64,000 bases of DNA from Eledone cirrhosa. Lineage: Eukaryota. The position numbers were made by a program, and so were the translations under genes. Every line of letters starts with the position of its first letter. The stretch's first letter is position 1. Where the stretch lies: the NCBI GenBank assembly GCA_964016885.1, contig OZ024743.1, positions 281,480,001 through 281,544,000 on the forward strand, given 5' to 3'. The notes under the pieces were generated by a model. The model was not told where the DNA came from. It saw only the letters and a program-made list of their open reading frames with translations, and searched no databases. Positions 1-13,639 of the stretch are shown here, one piece after another.

Positions 1-244
1 CCCACACACACACACAAAAGGTATGTATGTAAGGTTACCAGCTGGCTTCATACTGGTTGCAGATTATTTGATTATTTTGTTTAAGAAAATAACATATCTG
101 TGCATCTGCTCAATTTCCTCCTATTTTAATGAACGAAACTAGTACACTACTGGAGGCATTGATATATCCCAGGAAATGATCTAACCATTGGTAAGAGTAG
201 GCACAAATACTGAATTGAAGATAGAGAGTTTGGCTTTTACACCT

Positions 245-520
245 ACAAGGAAAAAATTAGAAATAAGAGGGATCAGATGTTGTTTACTCGAGAGAAGGCT
301 ACGTTGGTATGGACACGTGATGCGCATGAAAAACGATAGCTGTATAACAAAGTGCAGGGCAATAAAGATAGACGGTAGCCACGGAATAGGCAGACCTAGA
401 AAAACCTGGGACGAGCTGATAAACTCCGACCTCACACACTTACACCTCTCCAAGACAATGTCACTGGACCGAGACCTTTGGCGGTACTCAATAATAGAGA
501 AGACCCGCCTTACCTAAATA
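245..520 (+). mobile_element. RTE LINE 3' fragment, preceded by a short minus-strand Expander-type RTE piece (181-245)
   Basis: RRLRWYGHVMRM...GRPRKTW...DRDLWR, the RTE C-terminal motifs. Confidence 0.85.
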
Positions 521-619
521 CATAGTAAAACCTACTACAGTCAGTAGGCATCTCTAACAAAATACACCCCCGTCCCACCACCCCCACCCCATCCACACCA
601 CCCCGTTCTATGTAAAGTT

Positions 620-912
620 ATGTTGGTGCCGCGCCATCCAGGCCGAAACAAATGAGATCGTGTAGGTGTCACGACAAAAAAACACACAGTCCACGCTGTA
701 ATGTGGCCGTGTAGGCAACACGGTAAAAACCTCCCAGACCCACACTGTAAATGTGGTTGGTGTTAGGAAGGGCATCCAACTGTAGAAAACCCGCCAGACA
801 GTCCTATACGAGCAAGACAATCACTCTTGCCTCAAGTGGGAAAACCCCCGTCCAAACCCATGCAAGCGCGGAACACGGACGTTAAACGTTGATGATGATG
901 ATGATGATGATG
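620..912 (+). mobile_element. RTE-tailed SINE, 3' part
   Basis: ggtgttaggaagggcatccaactgtagaaa core and ggacgttaaac(gat)n tail, recurring many times in the window. Confidence 0.75.
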
Positions 913-1199
913 ATCCCTTCTTCTGATGACCAACTGCAATTCTGACATTTAATGAGTAAGTCTATTCTAAAATACTCTACAAAACAAATCAATATGAATT
1001 AATGAGAGAAAAAGTGGTTGTTGTAGAGGAGAAAAGCATAGCTCAACAACCTCTTGAGTCATCTCCCTGGTTGATCTTGTCCAGATGGAGTATATCCGTG
1101 AGTGCTTTACCCGCCTAACCTCTGGTCAGAACCTATCTACATATATCCTGAGTTCACACGGTAAAAACATGTCCGCTGGGCATGACAATCTGAAAGTGA

Positions 1200-2600
1200 G
1201 AGGCAAACTAATCTGGTCCTACTTCCACTAACATGACATCACATGCCCTTATGCTTCTAGCTAGGCACTCAAGCCACATGACATCACTGAACTTTATACT
1301 TTCAAAGATCACCTCATCTTCTCATTCCATCTCAAAATTTGCCATCCATTGTCATTCCCACTGTGACCTCCACAGAGCTGGGGTACTGCTCACATCCTCT
1401 TCTTCGTTGTTGTTCGACAAATCGATGATATTGCAGACAACCAAGACATGACACAGCATTCCATCCACAAACTCGTAGTTTTGTAAATTTACATCCATTA
1501 CTATTCCTTTCTCCCATTGAGATGTACATTTGGATACTTGACCCAGACTTTGTCCCTGACCTGTACAAATGACGTTGTGGTACTATACATGGATGTCACC
1601 ATTCATATTTGACCAGTCCAGGACCACATAGTATACCAAAACATTTTGATATATGTCCACTCTCCGCCATGGTCTTGATTATGTGATGGTGTCTTTCCAC
1701 AATCCCCACTTGGCCTATAAGCTACTCTGATGAAGTGCTTCATGTTCCACTTATCAAGTATTTCCTTCAGCACCTAGGAGTGGAATGCAATACCATTATC
1801 CATCAACAGCTCGTCCACAGGGCCCTGCTCCAGGAATATTTTGGTCAGCATTCATGCAATTTCATCAGCAGTCCCCATCTTTATTTCCCTCTGCAGTTGA
1901 CCATCGAGGGATATGTGCGCTGTCGGTAGTACATCACATCAACTGACAATCGTTTCCAGTTGTTTCTCGTCTTGTGCACACTCGAGCAGGATAGATGGAC
2001 TGACAATTGTCAACCTCTTTCTGAATGCTCTGTCTGGTAACGTCGGAGTCAACTTTCCTGGATAGGAACTAGGTCCTATCCACTCCCATGTGATGCATGG
2101 TATGCAGTCTATTTAACTCCGAGCCACTCAGCCGACACACTGCCACTCTAAATCCTTTGGCACTTCCAACCAGGCTTTCTTAACTCTGGTTAGAACGTCC
2201 GCCTTATTCCTTTCCAAGGGTACAAAGACCACGCTCAGCTTCAGGTCGAACTCAGCAGCTAACTCTCCCAGAATCCCCAGGTAGCACATTAAAAATCTCT
2301 GCCGCCCCTTTCGTTCGTACCCTCCTCTCATCGGTTATTACTGATCTCACCCATTCGAGTAATGCCATGAGACTTGCCATATCTTCGATGCCTTGCAACC
2401 TGACCACCACCTTCATCATTCGAATAGAGGCGATTACATTTCCCTCGCCACAGAAGGGTCTGAGATGGCATCGTTACCAATCCTTAACTTTATCGATATA
2501 CTGTCTGTGGGCAAGAAATGAGAGAAGAGAGCAAAAAAACTCCTTCCTGCCCCATGAAGTCACTGACCCTTATGCTTCCGATAAGGTCCCCGCCCCACAA
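1200..2600 (-). mobile_element. Degenerate Ty3/Gypsy LTR retrotransposon (RNase H end and integrase)
   Basis: Minus strand: ERNKADVLTR, HHMGVDRT, WKRLSVDV, GPVDELLMDNGIAF, with stops and frameshifts; possible PBS TGGTAACG at 2472-2479. Confidence 0.75.
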
Positions 2601-3789
2601 TGTTTAAGATTGGTTTGAAACTAGTAATGCCAAAAATGCCGATGTTTATAACGTAACCAAAATGAAAATGTTTTCTAATTACGCAAGAAAAAGCACATTT
2701 TCATCTGTTTATAGGTTTTACAAGGAAAATGTGAACGAAATCATAATCCTAAATAGGAAAGGAATTATAATAGAAGATAATTCAAAGACAACCACCAATT
2801 CAAGAATAAATATTAAAATGTTTTGTTTAAAAAAAAGGGGGGGGGGGGTCCATTTCAACACACAATTTCACATCACGAATCTTTCAAAACAAATATAAAA
2901 ACGAAGTATTAAAATATTAACAGGTTATATGCATACGAATGAATATACTGCCAAATTATTGATACTTAATTTATAGTTCCTTAAGAGATGGAAAATTAGA
3001 TAAATATTAAACGAACTATTAACTTGAAGCACAATTATAATAAACTGATAAAAGAACGTTACTAACAAATCCTTATAGTATGACTCAGTGTTCAAATACT
3101 TAACACATCAAACAGTGTTTTTCTTTCATTTAATCGTTCAAATGAATATAAATATACTTTTAGTAAATCGGTATAAGAGATTGTATTAAATTGACGAAAA
3201 GTATGGTTTTACTTAATATGTTAAGAAGATAATTTGCAATTAATCCTAATTATATCTTTACTTCTTCAACGAAAGTCAACAAGAGAATGACAACAAAATA
3301 TACTTTTTACATCCGAACATTTGTATAATGAAAACAGATATGTGGTTTTTTTGTTCCTTTTTTTATTTTCGGTGGCAAGACCTAAATTATTGAATTTACC
3401 GAATATTTGCACTGATAAATATAACCATAAAATACTTACTAAATCGATTGTTTTAAATATCCGACACTCAAAAAGTTGAATTAAGCGCTTCTCACAAAAT
3501 GCGACCAACGAAAATAATTGAATATTAACCAATGAAAATTACGGAGAACGGTGTCAGTTGCTAAAAGAAATTCCGGCTGGTCCTTTTTTTAAACACGTGA
3601 AATAAACCAATTTTAAAGCAATAACTCTTAAATGATGGTTTTTACTAAAATACATTCTAAATTTCAGTTTTATAAAAAGTTTTGTTTATAAACAGCAGAT
3701 TATAGAAATTTATAATTTAGAAAGCTAGTCGTAAAACCATGGTATAATTCCTCAGCTAGTCACCGATTAGCACATGGATATATTTTACA

Positions 3790-3890
3790 ATGTCGTCTCG
3801 TCAGAAAACCCAGCCTAGAAGACAAACAACCAAGAAGCATAAAAAGATTAAAGCAATAGACCCTTTTTATACAGGAGATAGGAAAAACGT
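3790..3890 (+). CDS. CCDC137: CCDC137 exon 1
   Basis: ATG 3790; MSSRQKTQPRRQTTKKHKKIKAIDPFYTGDRKN, with the KKHKKxKAxDPFY motif of invertebrate CCDC137; donor GTAAGT at 3891, phase 2. Confidence 0.85.
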
Positions 3891-4281
3891 GTAAGTGTTA
3901 ACTTTTTTGTTCTGTTGCTTTTCCTATTTAGTAATATACGTGGACAATATTTCAATCAATTAGTTCTGTTTTAAGAAAGCATGGCTGTGGTTTTAGCAGC
4001 TCTAAGAATATTATTAAGAGCTTTTAATTACTTGATTTCCATATTGAACAGATAAATACGACGCCAGACAATCATGTCCAACATTCCTTGGTACTGTAAT
4101 ATTACATGCGATACATAGTTTTAGTTGATAGTTGAGAAAGGTCTATTAATCGGAGAGACTGGTGCTTATTTATGTCGTAAAAACAAAATGTAAGTATGTA
4201 TGTCGTGAAGGGAAGTAATAAATATATAATAATTTCATGCGATCAGTAAATAAACCACTAACCATCATTGCGACATAGCAG

Positions 4282-4910
4282 CTTCTTCTTCGCCCACTTA
4301 TTCCTGAGAGGGTCATGCGGGCAGTCCTCAAACACTCCTCCAGCGGATCCAATTAAGAGCAGCCGTCTCCAACTGATCCGTCTGGATCCCCAAGCTAGAC
4401 CAGCCAAGTTCATGGATGTTATCCAACCATCTTGCTATGGGTCTACACCTGGTCTCCTGCCGATTGGTTTTGATCGTAACATCTGTCCACCGATTCTTTC
4501 CCAAAGACATTCTAATCACATGCTTATAGTATCGGAGCTGTGATCTCTCAATTCGGAGAAGTAGCGTCTCTACCTGGGCAGACTCTCTGATCTCGGATAT
4601 ACACACTCTATTGAGTAACGTTACTCCAAAGACCCTTCAGAGGAACCCCATTTTGGTCGTTTGTATTCGCGATCGTATTCTTTCGGCCATTACTCAAGAT
4701 TCACGACCATAGGTAATGGTTGGCATGCATACCGAATTGGAGATAGTGCATTTGGCTTTTACACTTACCGTCCTTCTGGTTACCGAATGCTGGCGCATTA
4801 CTGCACCAGCTCCTGCAATTGTTGCACTTAATTTAGCCTCCTGCGTTCCATCACTTGTAAACTCTGCCCCAAGATACTTGAACTGCACTGCGCAGGCTTC
4901 CTTGAGAGGA
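4282..4910 (-). mobile_element. RTE (Expander/Rex3-like) 3' fragment
   Basis: FKYLGAEFTSDG, PTITYGRES, LLRIERSQLRY; (AAG)n tail at about 4282. Confidence 0.85.
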
Positions 4911-5086
4911 AGCATTATGGAAATATCCAAAGTAGTAGAGAGAGCTATAAGGTGTGATGACCTGTATCATGATTTGGCATGGGTGAGTGTAGAATATGTA
5001 GGAGAAAATGCAGGATTAGTAGCAAGAACTTTTAAAAAAAACGGGCACTACAACGGAATTGGCTGTCAGAAGTGAAAGTAGAAGAA

Positions 5087-5230
5087 TGTGACGTCATTCG
5101 TCAACCTTAATCGTCAAACCTTCGTTTATTTGCGTATCACCACCATGTGTAAATAAATAAACTTTGAAATCACCACGCTGGTTTTTCACTTTGGGATAAT
5201 ACACGAGGTTTGTCATCTTACTAAACTACA
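5087..5230. mobile_element. Possible solo LTR
   Basis: 144-bp CpG-rich segment bounded by TGT...ACA with internal AATAAA; no clean TSD. Confidence 0.3.
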
Positions 5231-5598
5231 AGTAGAAATTATTTTATTTGGAAGAATGATATACATAACTAGGAGCTGGAGTGCACATAAAGCTAGCCTA
5301 AGGGATGCTAAATACCCAGATGCTAACCTTGAACACAAGAACAAGGCAGTTCTGATCTACCATATTTCAATCACAACGCTTGTGTCAACATGTGGCTTTG
5401 CTAAAACCCAAGATTAGTAGCTTTATTATCAAACAACCTAATTGAGACATCACTTCAAGGCATATAGCTATAGAGTTGAGATATGTAATCCCTATGGAGG
5501 AGGAGTGGTGCAAAGACTTTAATTCTGTTGCCACCAAATCTTTTTCTCTTTCTCTCACTTTCATTACACCTTTAATGTGAATGAATTTGTAATTTCAG

Positions 5599-5735
5599 CC
5601 ATGAAAGGAAAAACATAAACTTGGCGCCAAACAATGATATTGATCATGTTCCAAGGATGTGGAAAGAATTGATGCAACTTAAAGAAAAGTATGAGAAAAA
5701 GAAAACTAGCAATCCAAAGGATGTTGGTGCCGAAG
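5599..5735 (+). CDS. CCDC137: CCDC137 exon 2
   Basis: tttcag acceptor; HERKNINLAPNNDIDHVPRMWKELMQLKEK; phase 2 in, phase 1 out; donor GTAAAA. Confidence 0.85.
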
Positions 5736-6259
5736 GTAAAAATAACGATTATACTCAAGGTATCCTAGAACAAATTTGTTATTCCATATATAGACTAGTG
5801 ATTCCAGATGTGAGACACGTGTCATAGTGAGGTAATTTGAATAAGGGAAGGTTAAATACTTTGGGGAGTAATTTCAATAATTGTTGAAATAATATGAATC
5901 TTTGGAGGGCATCATCATCATCATTTAATGTCCATTTTCCACGCTAGCATGAGTAGGACTTAGAGCAATTTCAATATTTGTAAAGGTAATATGAATATTT
6001 TGAAGGGGCAATTTTTCTAAATTTTACATATCTTTTTAATAACAGACATATTTTCATATTGAGGACAAGCATCAGATCTTTTGAGATGTCATGGTGCACC
6101 AGGGGTTGGGCGGGTCTTCACAAATGGCGTTAATACTCAAATAGATCTGCTGGCCCCTCAGATGGGCCAGGAGCCTGCATCTTACTTACATATGATCCCA
6201 TGTTCTACTGAGTGCATTTTATCATGACACCAGCATGAAATAGGTTATGTCTTTGACAA

Positions 6260-6620
6260 TGAGAGCTACACCAATCCTAGAACAGGACATCACTGCATAG
6301 TGCCAAAGGTCCTACCATCCCCATCTAGAGTAAGGATCATATACTACAAATAGCTTAGGGTTCAAAGACAGCAGCTCTTTAGTAGCCTGCCAAACATATT
6401 AAGAGATCCAAATAGAATGGAAGAAAATGACTTCAAGAAACCATGGGGCATTTTATTTAAATTTTAGATGAGCCTACATCATGGCAACAATCACAAAGGA
6501 GGGCAGTCATATCAAAATCCATCATTCATGGAAACAAAATCAACTAGAGGAGGAAAATCATAGACTGCTTGGCAACAGTCATGGAAGTGTGCCACCATGG
6601 CTATGGTCCATGCACTGTAA
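6260..6620 (+). mobile_element. CR1/L2-type LINE 3' remnant
   Basis: Degenerate RTGHHCIVPKV...NSLGFK..LF..LP..LRD and DEPT C-terminal motifs. Confidence 0.55.
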
Positions 6621-7429
6621 CACGTAAACATTTTTCCATGCTTGCATATGTAAGACGGATTGTCACGTTATGAAACATGTCAGTTCAGATGACCCCATCT
6701 TGTTCATACAAATCTGTATTGTAGTTTGGTTTCTACAGCTGGATGCCCTTCCTAACACCAATCACATTACAGTGTGGAATGAGTGCTTCTTATTGTGGCA
6801 CCAAAACAATGACCTTATAGGGTGGACTGGTGCTTTTTGGTGTATCACCAGCACAACCACCTTACAGGGTGAACTGGGTAATTTTTTTTTTATATATATG
6901 TGTCAACATCATCATCATTTAACGTCTATTTTTTCACAACTGAATGGGTTAAGCGGATTGTCACGTTGTGAGACAAGTCGGGTCTGGAGACTACATCATG
7001 CTCATACAGATCTGTATTTTGGCTTGGTTTCTACAGCTAGATGCCCTTAATGCCAACCATGTTACAGTGCTTCTTATCTTATCACCATCTAACAGGGTGG
7101 ACTGGGTGCTTTTTGTCATGTCACCAACACAACTGGGTGCTTTTGTTGTTGTAACACCAGATCAGCATACAGGATAGACTTAGTGCTTTTTGTTGTGGCA
7201 ACAGCATTGTGGGAGATCAGATGTGGAACATGTCCAGCGTTTTTGCTTGGATGTATGGGTTGCGTAGTCAAGGTGTATCAGAGGTGAGGGCTTGTAGTGA
7301 GGGACAAATAAGCAAATTCAACATCGACTAGGGGAATGGGATATTTAACTGGTGAGGGCGGTGTATTAAGACTGAGGAGAGGTGAAGAGAAAATTGGTGC
7401 AGACTAGTGTGTTTGTTTCATTTCATTTT

Positions 7430-7725
7430 GTGCACATGGGAAAGCAGGTCTTCTTCAGTGGAGCATGACGCCAGAAATCTCAATCATGGGATATCTCCTT
7501 TGTGAGGTTTAATTTTATTACTTCATCCCAGGCTTTCTTAAGTCTTCCTCTTCCATAGTTTCCATTGACTTTGAGTGCCCTACACCTTTTTATACAGCTG
7601 TCATCCTCCATAAGTATCACGTGTCCAAATCATTGCAATATGCTCTCTTGTACACAGCATCTGACCTCTCTTATACCTAGTTTCTCTCTCAGTTCATTGA
7701 TGCTTTGTTGTTCATGCACACAACT
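7430..7725 (-). mobile_element. RTE 3' fragment
   Basis: LREKLGIREVRCCVQESILQ*FGHV on the minus strand. Confidence 0.75.
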
Positions 7726-8279
7726 ATTACACGTGTGTATATATATATATATCATCATCATCACCGTTTAACATCCATTTCCCATCCTAGCATGGGTTAG
7801 ACAAGTTGTCTTATTTGAGACAAATCGGGTCAGATGATCATGTCTTGCTCATACAGAACTGATTATGGCTTGGTTTTTACAGCTGGCTGCCCTTTCTAAT
7901 ACCAACCATATTTACAGTGAATACTGGGTGCTTTTTGTCATACCTACACGACCACTTTACGGCGTGGTCTGGGTGCTTTTTGTTATGACACCTATACGAC
8001 CACTTGACGGTATGGATTGGATGCTTTTTGTCAAGACACATGACCACAGTGTGGACTGGACCCTTTTGTAGTGTCACCATCACGACCACTTTACAGTGTG
8101 GGCGGGGGGCTTTGATGGAAGGATGTATGTGGATTAGGGAGGTGGGTATATGGGCATGTGTGAGGGGCAGAGTGTTAGGACACGGGAGGTATATGGAGGG
8201 GAGGGGGTGAAGGTGGTGCGTACCAGATGTATACTTCAGCCTGTGCTCATTGGAGGGGAGTGAGTACTATATGTATACT

Positions 8280-9810
8280 TCAACCTGTGCTCATGGGAAG
8301 GCGGGTCTTCTGCATAACGCCAGAGATCCCTGTCCTGTGTCATCGCCTTTGAGTGGTGCAATTGTGCAAGGTCAGCTTTTATCACCTCATCCCAAGTTTT
8401 CCTACTCCATAGCTTCTATTAACTTTGAGCGCTCTGCATCTTTTTATACAGCTGTCATCCTTCATGTGCATCACATGTCCATACCAACACAATCTCCTCT
8501 CCTGCACACTGCATCTGATTCCTCTTATGCCTAGTTTCTCTCTCAGTTCGTTTATGCTTTGCTGTTCACATGTATTACTATTACACATCCATTGAAGCAT
8601 GCGAGCTTCATTTCTTTTCAATCTTCATAAGTTCTCTACACACAGTGCCCAGTTCTCTCTACCATGCAACATTGCTGCTTACACGTCATACAATCTGCCT
8701 TTCATTTTGAAGGAAAAGCTAGCAGTGGTAGTAGCTCCCTGAACTTTTTCCATCCCATCCTCACTCAGGCTACTGTACTTTCAGAACATAAACCTCCACT
8801 TCTAATTTGATCACTTAGGTAGCAGAAGCTATCTACTGCTTCTACCAAACCTTCCCAGAATTTGATAGCGCTTGTTTCTTGTGGTTGTTTGCTACTTACT
8901 GCTCCGGTGCAATGGCTACGTGTAAAACCTACATTCTTAAGTTAATTACCTGAGATCCCACTACATCTCTTGTGTACCCATAGTTTGCATTTAGGACAGT
9001 GGATGGAATTTTTACCTACACCTTTCCTACACACTGTGCAAGGCCATTTCTACTTACTAGGACCTTAGTCTTTGTCAGGTTGGCTTTAAGACCTTTTATT
9101 TCTAAGCCATGCTTCCAAGTTTGGAATTTCTTCTCTAATTCTGGTATAGATTCAGCTATGAATGTAAGATCATCTGCATACAGGAGTTCCCATAAGCAGC
9201 CAGTCTACTCTGTTATAGCCTGCAGAACGATTATAAACAGGAGAGGTCTAAAAACAGAGCCCTGGTGGATGCCAACATGCACGCTAAATTCCTCATTATA
9301 GTTGTTGTTAATCATAACTTTGCTGACTGCTTCCCTATACATGGTTTGTACAGCCTTCACAAACCACTCTCTACTCCTAGTTTCCTAAGAGCCCACCAGA
9401 TTATGACATGGAGAACTCTGTCCAGATCAACAAATGCCAGGTAGAGCAGCTTACTTCTAGCTAGGTACTTCTCCTGTTGCTACTTCACAAGGAAGGGAGC
9501 ATCTGTAGTGCTTTTATCTGGCACAAATTCGAACTGCATTTCATCTAAGTTTACCCGGTCCCTAATCAGCTGTGCTATAAGTCTTTCTGTTACTTTCATG
9601 ACCTGGTCCATCTACATGATGCCTCTATAATTTCCTATATCTAGTGCATCTCCTTCACCCTTGTAGCCATTGATAATGATGCTGTTGTGCCAGTCATTTG
9701 GTATGACACCATTTAGTATTACTTGGTTTACAAAACGAGTGGTTAAGGTGTGACCCACTGACTCAGATGCTTTCAGCATCTCAGCAACTATCCCTGATGG
9801 ACCAGCTGCT
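8280..9810 (-). mobile_element. RTE LINE, degenerate RT to 3' end
   Basis: AAGPSGIVAEMLK, VGIHQGSVFRPLLF, LLYADDL, RRLCWYGHV. Confidence 0.9.
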
Positions 9811-9847
9811 TATATATATATGTATATATTAATTAATCATTTTGCAG

Positions 9848-10056
9848 GCAACTTTGATAATGTGAAGAAGAAGAAAATTAAAAAATCACCAGCACAGAAA
9901 CGAAAACAATCAGAAAATGTTGCCAATACGGAAGCAAGGCCATTGTATACTCCAATAGTCCAAAAAAAAGATGAGAGTGATTTGTCATACTTTCAGAGGA
10001 CACAACGAGAAGTAAAGAAAGTCTTTGAGAAAAGTAGATTGTCTAATAAATACAAG
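9848..10056 (+). CDS. CCDC137: CCDC137 exon 3
   Basis: ttttgcag acceptor; Lys-rich GNFDNVKKKKIKK...QKKDESDLSYFQRTQREV...YK; donor GTGAGA, phase 0. Confidence 0.85.
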
Positions 10057-11325
10057 GTGAGATTACTGTTCCTGTCAGAGGGGCATTTATTGTCAATACT
10101 TAATCAGAACTACTGTTTTCTTTGAGGGGACCATGTTTCACTCAACACATTCCTTTTTTGTCATGGTTTTTACAACTGGATGCCCTTCCTAATGTCAACT
10201 GCTTTTCATAGTGCATTGCATTGCATTTTACCATGTCATCAGCACTAGGTAGGTTGTCATGTCCTAGATCTGATGAAAGGACCTTCTCTACTGTTATTGG
10301 CAGGGATTCTATGAATGGATGCCCTTCCTGTGGGGCATATAACCATTATCTCTGTTTAATATATATTTTCCATGCTTGCATGGGTTAGACAGGTTGTTAT
10401 GTTTGTGGCCAACCAGGTCAGATGAACACATGTACATACAGATCTATTTTTAGCTTGGTTTTCTGTAGCTGGATGCCCTTCCTAACACCAACCACATTCC
10501 GGTGTGTATTGGGAACTTTTCTCGTGGCAACATTACTACCACCTTATAGGATTGATTTGGGTGCCTTTTATCCTGACACCAGGTCGACAACTTGACGGAG
10601 AGGATTGAATTGAATTTTTTTTTTTTTGTGTGGCATCAACAATATATTAAATAAAATTAAATAGATCATCCATCAGTTTCAGTGATTAGAAAATCATTTT
10701 TCAATCAACTGAACTACTTACTCATTGAATTACAGTGTAAGTAACTAGTTGATAGACATACCTTTTGTGTAATGCTCAAGCAGAATTTTGGTGATACATT
10801 ATGTAACAGTGCTGAACTTTTGAATTACAGATATAGTCCATCCAACAGGCTGTCACATATTTTATGTCTATCAACTTCACTCACAAGACTTTGATAGAAG
10901 ACACTCTTGCTGACAGAGCCATGCAGCAATATCAAACCTGGAACCTCATATATTTTTATTTATCATTGTCATTTTAACATTCATCTTTGTTTCCATGCTT
11001 GCATATATATCATCATCATATTACGGATATTAACCTTTTAACATTTACATTACTCTGTATATACTATTGTAGTTTCACATAATTATCTCACATAATATCA
11101 AATCTATGAGATTTTGATATTATTTATTTTGAGAACAATACCTTAACGTTGATATGAGTAGATGGTTATGGCCGGTTTGAACAGAAGAAAATTCTGGCTA
11201 GATATGGAAACATAGATGAAAAATGACAATGATGATTATATATAAATATAATGTATATGGGATCCCAGGTTTAATCCTGCAGTGGATATTACATGTGTGT
11301 GCACATAGATGCATTATATATATAT

Positions 11326-11358
<33 letters not shown>

Positions 11359-11360
<2 letters not shown>

Positions 11361-11423
11361 CCAATATGCAGAAGTTGAATCTGGAGAAATGAAAAAACCT
11401 GGAATTAAAGCAAAGAAAAAGCA
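11359..11423 (+). CDS. CCDC137: CCDC137 exon 4
   Basis: poly-T plus AAG acceptor; IQYAEVESGEMKKPGIKAKKK; donor GTCAGT gives the phase 2 needed by exon 5. Confidence 0.75.
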
Positions 11424-12160
11424 GTCAGTATAACATGAATGTGACAATTTGATTGATTCCTAAAAATAACCCCTTTTTCTTCATGATGATTTTATTTTCA
11501 TTATATACCAATCAATATACTGTATGTATCATCCAGTTTAAAATAGTTACTCTATATCTTTACATGTTATAAGAGGTGACAAAAATGAGTTGCTGTCAGA
11601 AAGAGCATCAGGTCATAAAACATTGCCTCAAGAAGGATGCTGTGATAAGTATAATTGTAAAATGGGCAGGGTACAGTACAAAGCGCATCATGGAGGTCCC
11701 CTACACACTCCCGTCAAAATTCAAGGTGAGAAACTTGATCGGGGCAAGGGAGGAGTTCAATCCATTTATGATTTAAACCAATGCTCTAATGACTTTGTCA
11801 AATCACCGTTGTTGTAAGATCGTTTATAGATTATTTATTTATTTAAAAAGAAAAGAAAAATGTATAATTCTTTAACATTTGCATGTATAAAAAAAGAAAA
11901 GAAAGAAAGCAATTAAACAGGGAAAGGGGGAAGATATCTGTAAACTCTGCACCTCTGTCCACACTAAGTGGTATATATCAGTTGCTCTCTGTGGACAAAA
12001 TGGTGAAGGCATTGTCATGGAAATAGCCAGTAACACCCACTGCATCAGCCACTCTACTACATAGAGCTCCTTCCTCAGTTGGGATGCACTCCTGATTTTA
12101 TGGAGGGAAACAGTAATTTATAAATTGTTACTATTTCATCATGTTTCTATCTTTTAAAAG

Positions 12161-12246
12161 GCGGCTGAAAGAAATAGCAAAACTGAAGAAAGAAAAGAAA
12201 GAAGAACATAAAAACAGAAACAGCACTGGTTTTGAACATTTTAAAG
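12161..12246 (+). CDS. CCDC137: CCDC137 exon 5
   Basis: RLKEIAKLKKEKKEEHKNRNSTGFEHFK; donor GTAGGA, phase 1. Confidence 0.85.
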
Positions 12247-12304
12247 GTAGGAAAATGAGCAGCAGCTACAACTGTCCTAACTACACTGTTATTATATTAT
12301 TTAA

Positions 12305-12502
12305 CCCTTTAGCATTTATATTACTCTATATATACTATTGTATTTTCACGGTAAAGGCATTATCTCACATAATATCGAAACGATGAGATTTTGATGTTAT
12401 TTATTTTGAGAACAATACCTTAACATCAGAATGCGTGATTAGTTTGAACAGTAAGATCTGAGAGAATTGTAGCCAGATACAGCTTGTTTAAATGCTAAAG
12501 GG
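12305..12502. mobile_element. piggyBac-type MITE
   Basis: TTAA-CCCTTTAGCATT...AATGCTAAAGGG-TTAT; same family near 11030, 17030, 19560, 20275, 22318, 46253 and 55650. Confidence 0.8.
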
Positions 12503-12510
12503 TTATCTGT

Positions 12511-12923
12511 TAACATCCTGCAATGATGTAGCAGAAAATATTTTAAAATGCGTTTGTTAATTCATATATTTATAGTATCTTTACTAGTGGACAGATTGTT
12601 GTGAAAATTTGTAGTAATAGAGTTAAGACTTTAATATTTAATGTGATGCAGTCATAGTGCTGTTTGGTACTTTTCAAAAATGTCTTATACTAATATGGTT
12701 TCATGTGGTACATGATGTCAACACTTAATATTTTTTACCACATTAGCAAGACATTCTTGAAAAGCACAAAACAATACTACAACTGCATTACATAAGAAAC
12801 TTAAATCTTTGCTCTAATCCTCCAGATTTTCTCAATGATTTGTTCACCAGCAAAGAGATTATAAATATTTAAATTAACAAACCTGTTTTGAGATATTCTC
12901 TGCTAGATCATTACAGAATGTTA
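12511..12923. mobile_element. Fold-back MITE with long (~190 bp) diverged TIRs
   Basis: taacatcctgcaatgatgtagcagaaaatat matches the reverse complement of atattctctgctagatcattacagaatgtta; related fragment at 42720-42870. Confidence 0.7.
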
Positions 12924-13639
12924 AGAGTTAATGAGTTTAAAAAGTATACTTATTTTTACTCTTTTACTAACCTTAGTTTCAGTCATCGGACTGCAGGCAT
13001 GCTGGGGCACTGCTATCAAGGTTTTATTCAATCATATGAACCCCAATATGTTTTTGTTTAATTGAAAGTGTGATACTTATTTTATCAATTTCAACTTGTC
13101 ATGGTGTTATGTTTCAGAACATAAACAATTCACTGGTTTTTAAGCAGTGTAGGTATAAACACAGACTACAGAATTTATTCTCAGAATTATGAGACATCTA
13201 ACTAGATATTCTGAAGCACCTAAAGTCAGGGGTCTGTGAGTACTTTCTTATAAACATAATATACACATACTGTTGGGTTTTCTTTCTTCTCTAGTATAAA
13301 TACTTCTCTTTTTGTATTGTTATTATCACTGTATAACAATCTGGAAGGAGGTTAATTTTAGTATATGGACCCTTAGCAGAGAAAACATTGAGAACCACTG
13401 ATCTAGTGTAACACTGATGGTTGTTCACTTGTATCTCATTGATGAAGTTAACAGTTATGGTTGTTGTTTAGCCCAAGGTCAACCTTGATTAAGCATGTTC
13501 ACTAATCATTAGTTCACAGCATTTTTTCACAATGAGTGTCAATGTCAGTAACTCAGTTTAGAAAAAAGTACCTCAAAGCACTGCTTTTTGGTTTTCTCAA
13601 TGATACTTATATCCTTTGCCTTAATTCATTGGCAAAAGA

